A stretch of DNA of 56,119 nucleotides, counting the filler, from Sluysia triapertura (Eukaryota): NCBI GenBank assembly GCA_046118255.1. It is 4 parts of 4 records of this genome, joined end to end, with 100 filler letters (N's around TTAATTAATTAA, not from the genome) between each part and the next. Parts side by side here need not be neighbours in the genome. Positions count along the whole stretch, not along the records: positions 43,523 to 56,119 come from JBJNIA010095997.1; 3 more parts are not named here. One strand, 5' to 3'. Of the stretch, positions 52,970-56,119 are shown piece after piece. Position numbers and translations under genes: made by a program. Every line of letters begins with the position of its first letter. Positions within the stretch are counted from its first letter, which is position 1. Under the pieces are notes generated by a model. The model had not been told where the DNA came from. It did no database searches and worked only from the letters and a program-made list of their open reading frames with translations.

Positions 52970-53795
52970 TTAATATTAATATTAATATTAATCTAGGCTT
53001 TTACAGCCTACAATATTGTAAAAATTTCTAAAGTGACTATTTATTATAAATAATAATATGAAAATTTGAGTGTATATCAGCATACTAACAATTAAGAAAG
53101 AATTTTAATAATTAGTTTAAAATGAGATAAATTTACAAAGAACAGTTGAAAATATCCTAATCAATTTTATACAAGAATCAAAACCTATAATTATGGGATA
53201 ATATAGAATAATTTGGAAACAAAGAATCAGCATGAAGATATACGAATTTATATTTTGATACAACCCCAAAGAATTTGGCATACATTCACAGAACAATATA
53301 TTATGTCATTTTGTTTAATCGAGGCTAAAATATCATTTAAAATACTAAAGAATTAATAAATGATAAAAAATAATCCACAAAATAAAGTTTATTTTTGAAT
53401 TTTGGATCGCAAGAGAATGTACTTGGATTCCGAATTTAGGTAAAGATTCGTATACGTTGACCCGCTAATTAATCGCTATTGAAAGCGATAATTGCACAAC
53501 ATTACGTCGTTGATCAATACTTAAATAATCGCGATTAATCGTCATTAAACAAATTTAGATATTTCGTAGCCCTTTTATCATTTTTAAGTGTTGCATACAT
53601 TTGCTGGTACATCTGCATAACTATGCGGCAGACGAACCTATTTGATTTATATTTTGCATTTAAAATGGTGCCTAAAATGTTTTGCTAAATATATTTGAAA
53701 TCTTGTGTTGGTGTTTATTTTATTTCTACGTTAGGCTCATGATGGAGATCTATTACCAATGAGTGAGCTCCAAAATTGGATAATAAACGCATAAT

Positions 53796-53809
53796 TTTGA
53801 GAACCCCTG
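53796..53809 (-). mobile_element. single hAT-like TIR
   Basis: Minus strand CAGGGGTTCTCAAA, typical of Charlie/hAT termini; partner end not seen. Confidence 0.35.
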
Positions 53810-54455
53810 ATTTATATGGTTCAGATAATTGTATAACAATCTAAAAAATCGAATTCCAACATAAACTGGGAAAGTATAAATATGGTGGAATTGGGGCTTG
53901 AATAATAGCATGCTTTATTAGCACGTATAATAATTGCCGGTAGATTAAATTCAATGTTGCTATATTAAATTATATCATACTTAAAATATAATTTTTACAA
54001 TTAAATTATCACTCCAAAAATAATTGATAAATTCCGAGCAGTAACGAATTTCTTGAATATAATTTTAAACACAGTTTTGAAATGGACCATATACCAGTCA
54101 AGATCTTAACATCAAAAAGATATCTGATAAAAGTAATCTATATAACCAAAAAACTAAATGCAAAAGCAAAATAAGATATGCAAAAAAGAATGTTCCTTTT
54201 CAAGAGGGTAAATAAAAATAAGACCGTTTCTTATATATTATGTAATATATAAATAAACTTTAATGAACGTTTAATATAGTTTTTATTTTTAAAAATTTAA
54301 AGATGGCAAAAAAATTTCGCATTTACCATATTACTCCACTTTGCTTAACAATTGGTAAATACAAAATGTTAAAAAAACATTGCTTTATTTGATGCATCTC
54401 TCAAAAAAGTAAAACATTTTCATTAATCTTAGTAGTTAAATGATTAAATAATTAC

Positions 54456-55335
54456 CTTAACTCCAGCACTTTTCGACAGCATTCTTGACCAACATCCGGC
54501 TGCTAGTACAATATAATTGGTATTAATTTTTTCACCACGACTAGTAATTACTGCTGTCACTTCAGGTCTTCTTCGTCCAAATAATGAAGTTGTGCTATTT
54601 TTTGTGACCTCTACACGACTTGCACCAATACCTTCAATATATCTAGCCCCTAATTTAGTAGCGCCTCTCACTAATGCCGTACAATATCCAGCCGGATCAA
54701 TAGTACCATCTGTAGGACTGTATAAACAGCCATATACATCATTAACATTCATTAAAGGATATAATTTTTTCGTTTCTAGTGGCCCCAATACTTCAGATGG
54801 AATTTTATAAACTTTCCCTAACTGCAAAACGCACAAATTATAAAAACATATAATTCAATATATTTTATCAAACCGTTCCCAATTTCTGATATTCATCTAA
54901 ACGTTCCTTGCTAGATGCGATAAATAAACCTCCATTTTCAATATATCCAGTATTAACACCAGTTTCATTTTCCAATGACTTCATTAAATCCCACGAATAA
55001 GTTAACAGTTCAACTTCAATATCCGATGGTCGTAAATGCCACACTAAACCTGCAGTATGCCATGATGTACCAGAGGTTAATGAAACACTTTCCAATAAAA
55101 TTGTGTTTGTTATTCCTAACTTGGCTAAATGATATAAAGTAGAACACCCTGCTACTCCTCCACCTATAACAACTACATCAACGGATGTTGGCAATGTATC
55201 ATTATTATCTCTAGATTTTGAACTATAAGTAATATTTAATTACTAGAAAAAGTTAGATTAAAACCTGGTTTTACTAAAGAAACGAAATGGTAATTTGTTC
55301 CCAAAATTTTGTACAACCTTTAAACTTCTAAACAT
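54456..55335 (-). CDS. SARDH: sarcosine dehydrogenase, mitochondrial; exons 55335-55265, 55222-54874, 54821-54456 (3' exons not found)
   Basis: Presequence-like [22 protein letters not shown]; [23 protein letters not shown] motif; [20 protein letters not shown]; [26 protein letters not shown]; in-frame 42- and 52-nt GT-AG introns. Confidence 0.93.
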
Positions 55336-56119
55336 TTTATAAATAAATTAATATATTAATTCACAATTTATAATTAATAATATAGAACTAGACTTACAAT
55401 ATATAGATTATATTTCGTAATTTCTATAATTACTTTTTATTTAACATGTCTAATTGAATACAATGTTAACATTTAAATGTAAATTTTATTTTAGAAAGTG
55501 CCATTTCATTTTATAAAGTTTTACTTTAAATCTGTTACATTTTGAATATTTCTTTTGATTTTCATGGTCATATTTTCTAATATTTTGTCTATCTATTTTT
55601 TAAATAAATTAAGTTATAAAAGTTATACCTTCTAAATGATACAATTATTAATGACAAAGATAGATTTAAAAATCTGATAATCAAAATATAATGGATATTA
55701 AAAAAATGCTACATCCCATTTATATTTACTTTTATATAAGAAATATTTCCATGGATGTAGGGAAATCATATAAAATGCATGACACTTCATCATATAAAAA
55801 CATCTCATACATACATAGAACATTAAACAAACTACTTAACTCATTCAAAAACAAACATAATCATTGTATATAATTGTCATGAATTATAGCTATTGTTATT
55901 ATAAATCAAATCGTATTAAAATATATAATAATTATTATGATTATTGTCATATAATAACTTTTATAATAATATTACAGCATTATTTTAAAAATATATAATA
56001 AATACGTTATTATTATCACTATTGTTTCTCTTATCTGTACCTTCAACCTTTCTTCTTATTCTTTTATTCTTCTATTACTGCTGTAAAATTAGAAGATCTC
56101 GAAATGAAACCCCGCAAAA

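Noticed and set aside
54517-54810. 97-aa plus-strand ORF (similarly 6111-6371, 41957-42193, 5067-5464)
   Set aside because: Antisense shadows of real or relic coding sequence

Overview
Very AT-rich eukaryotic (metazoan-type) genomic scaffold segment. It has short GT-AG introns (42-56 nt), abundant (AAT)n microsatellites and five assembly gaps, three of which carry an artificial TTAATTAATTAA spacer. Recognisable genes: the first three exons of mitochondrial sarcosine dehydrogenase (minus, 54456-55335), the last three exons of a cyclin G-family gene (plus, 20272-23259) and an intact, intronless ~300-aa orphan ORF with a possible degenerate KH-like fold (minus, 5893-6831). Most of the rest is decayed mobile DNA: a long REL-endonuclease (NeSL/Utopia/R4-type) non-LTR retrotransposon relic, L2/CR1 3' ends, gypsy and BEL/Pao relics, and Tc1/mariner, pogo, piggyBac and hAT pieces. 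Most notable observations: (i) a fixed-length ~40-nt two-hairpin/putative pseudoknot motif in five divergent copies with pairing-preserving substitutions; (ii) a ~3-kb mosaic of unrelated host-gene relics (CCA-ended tRNA-Leu, C/EBP-like bZIP, ATP9 flippase, eIF3a); (iii) a cassette of four back-to-back hairpins ahead of a decayed ORF; (iv) ~450-bp inverted repeats enclosing a collagen-like relic. All homologies were recognised by eye from remembered family motifs; no searches were run.
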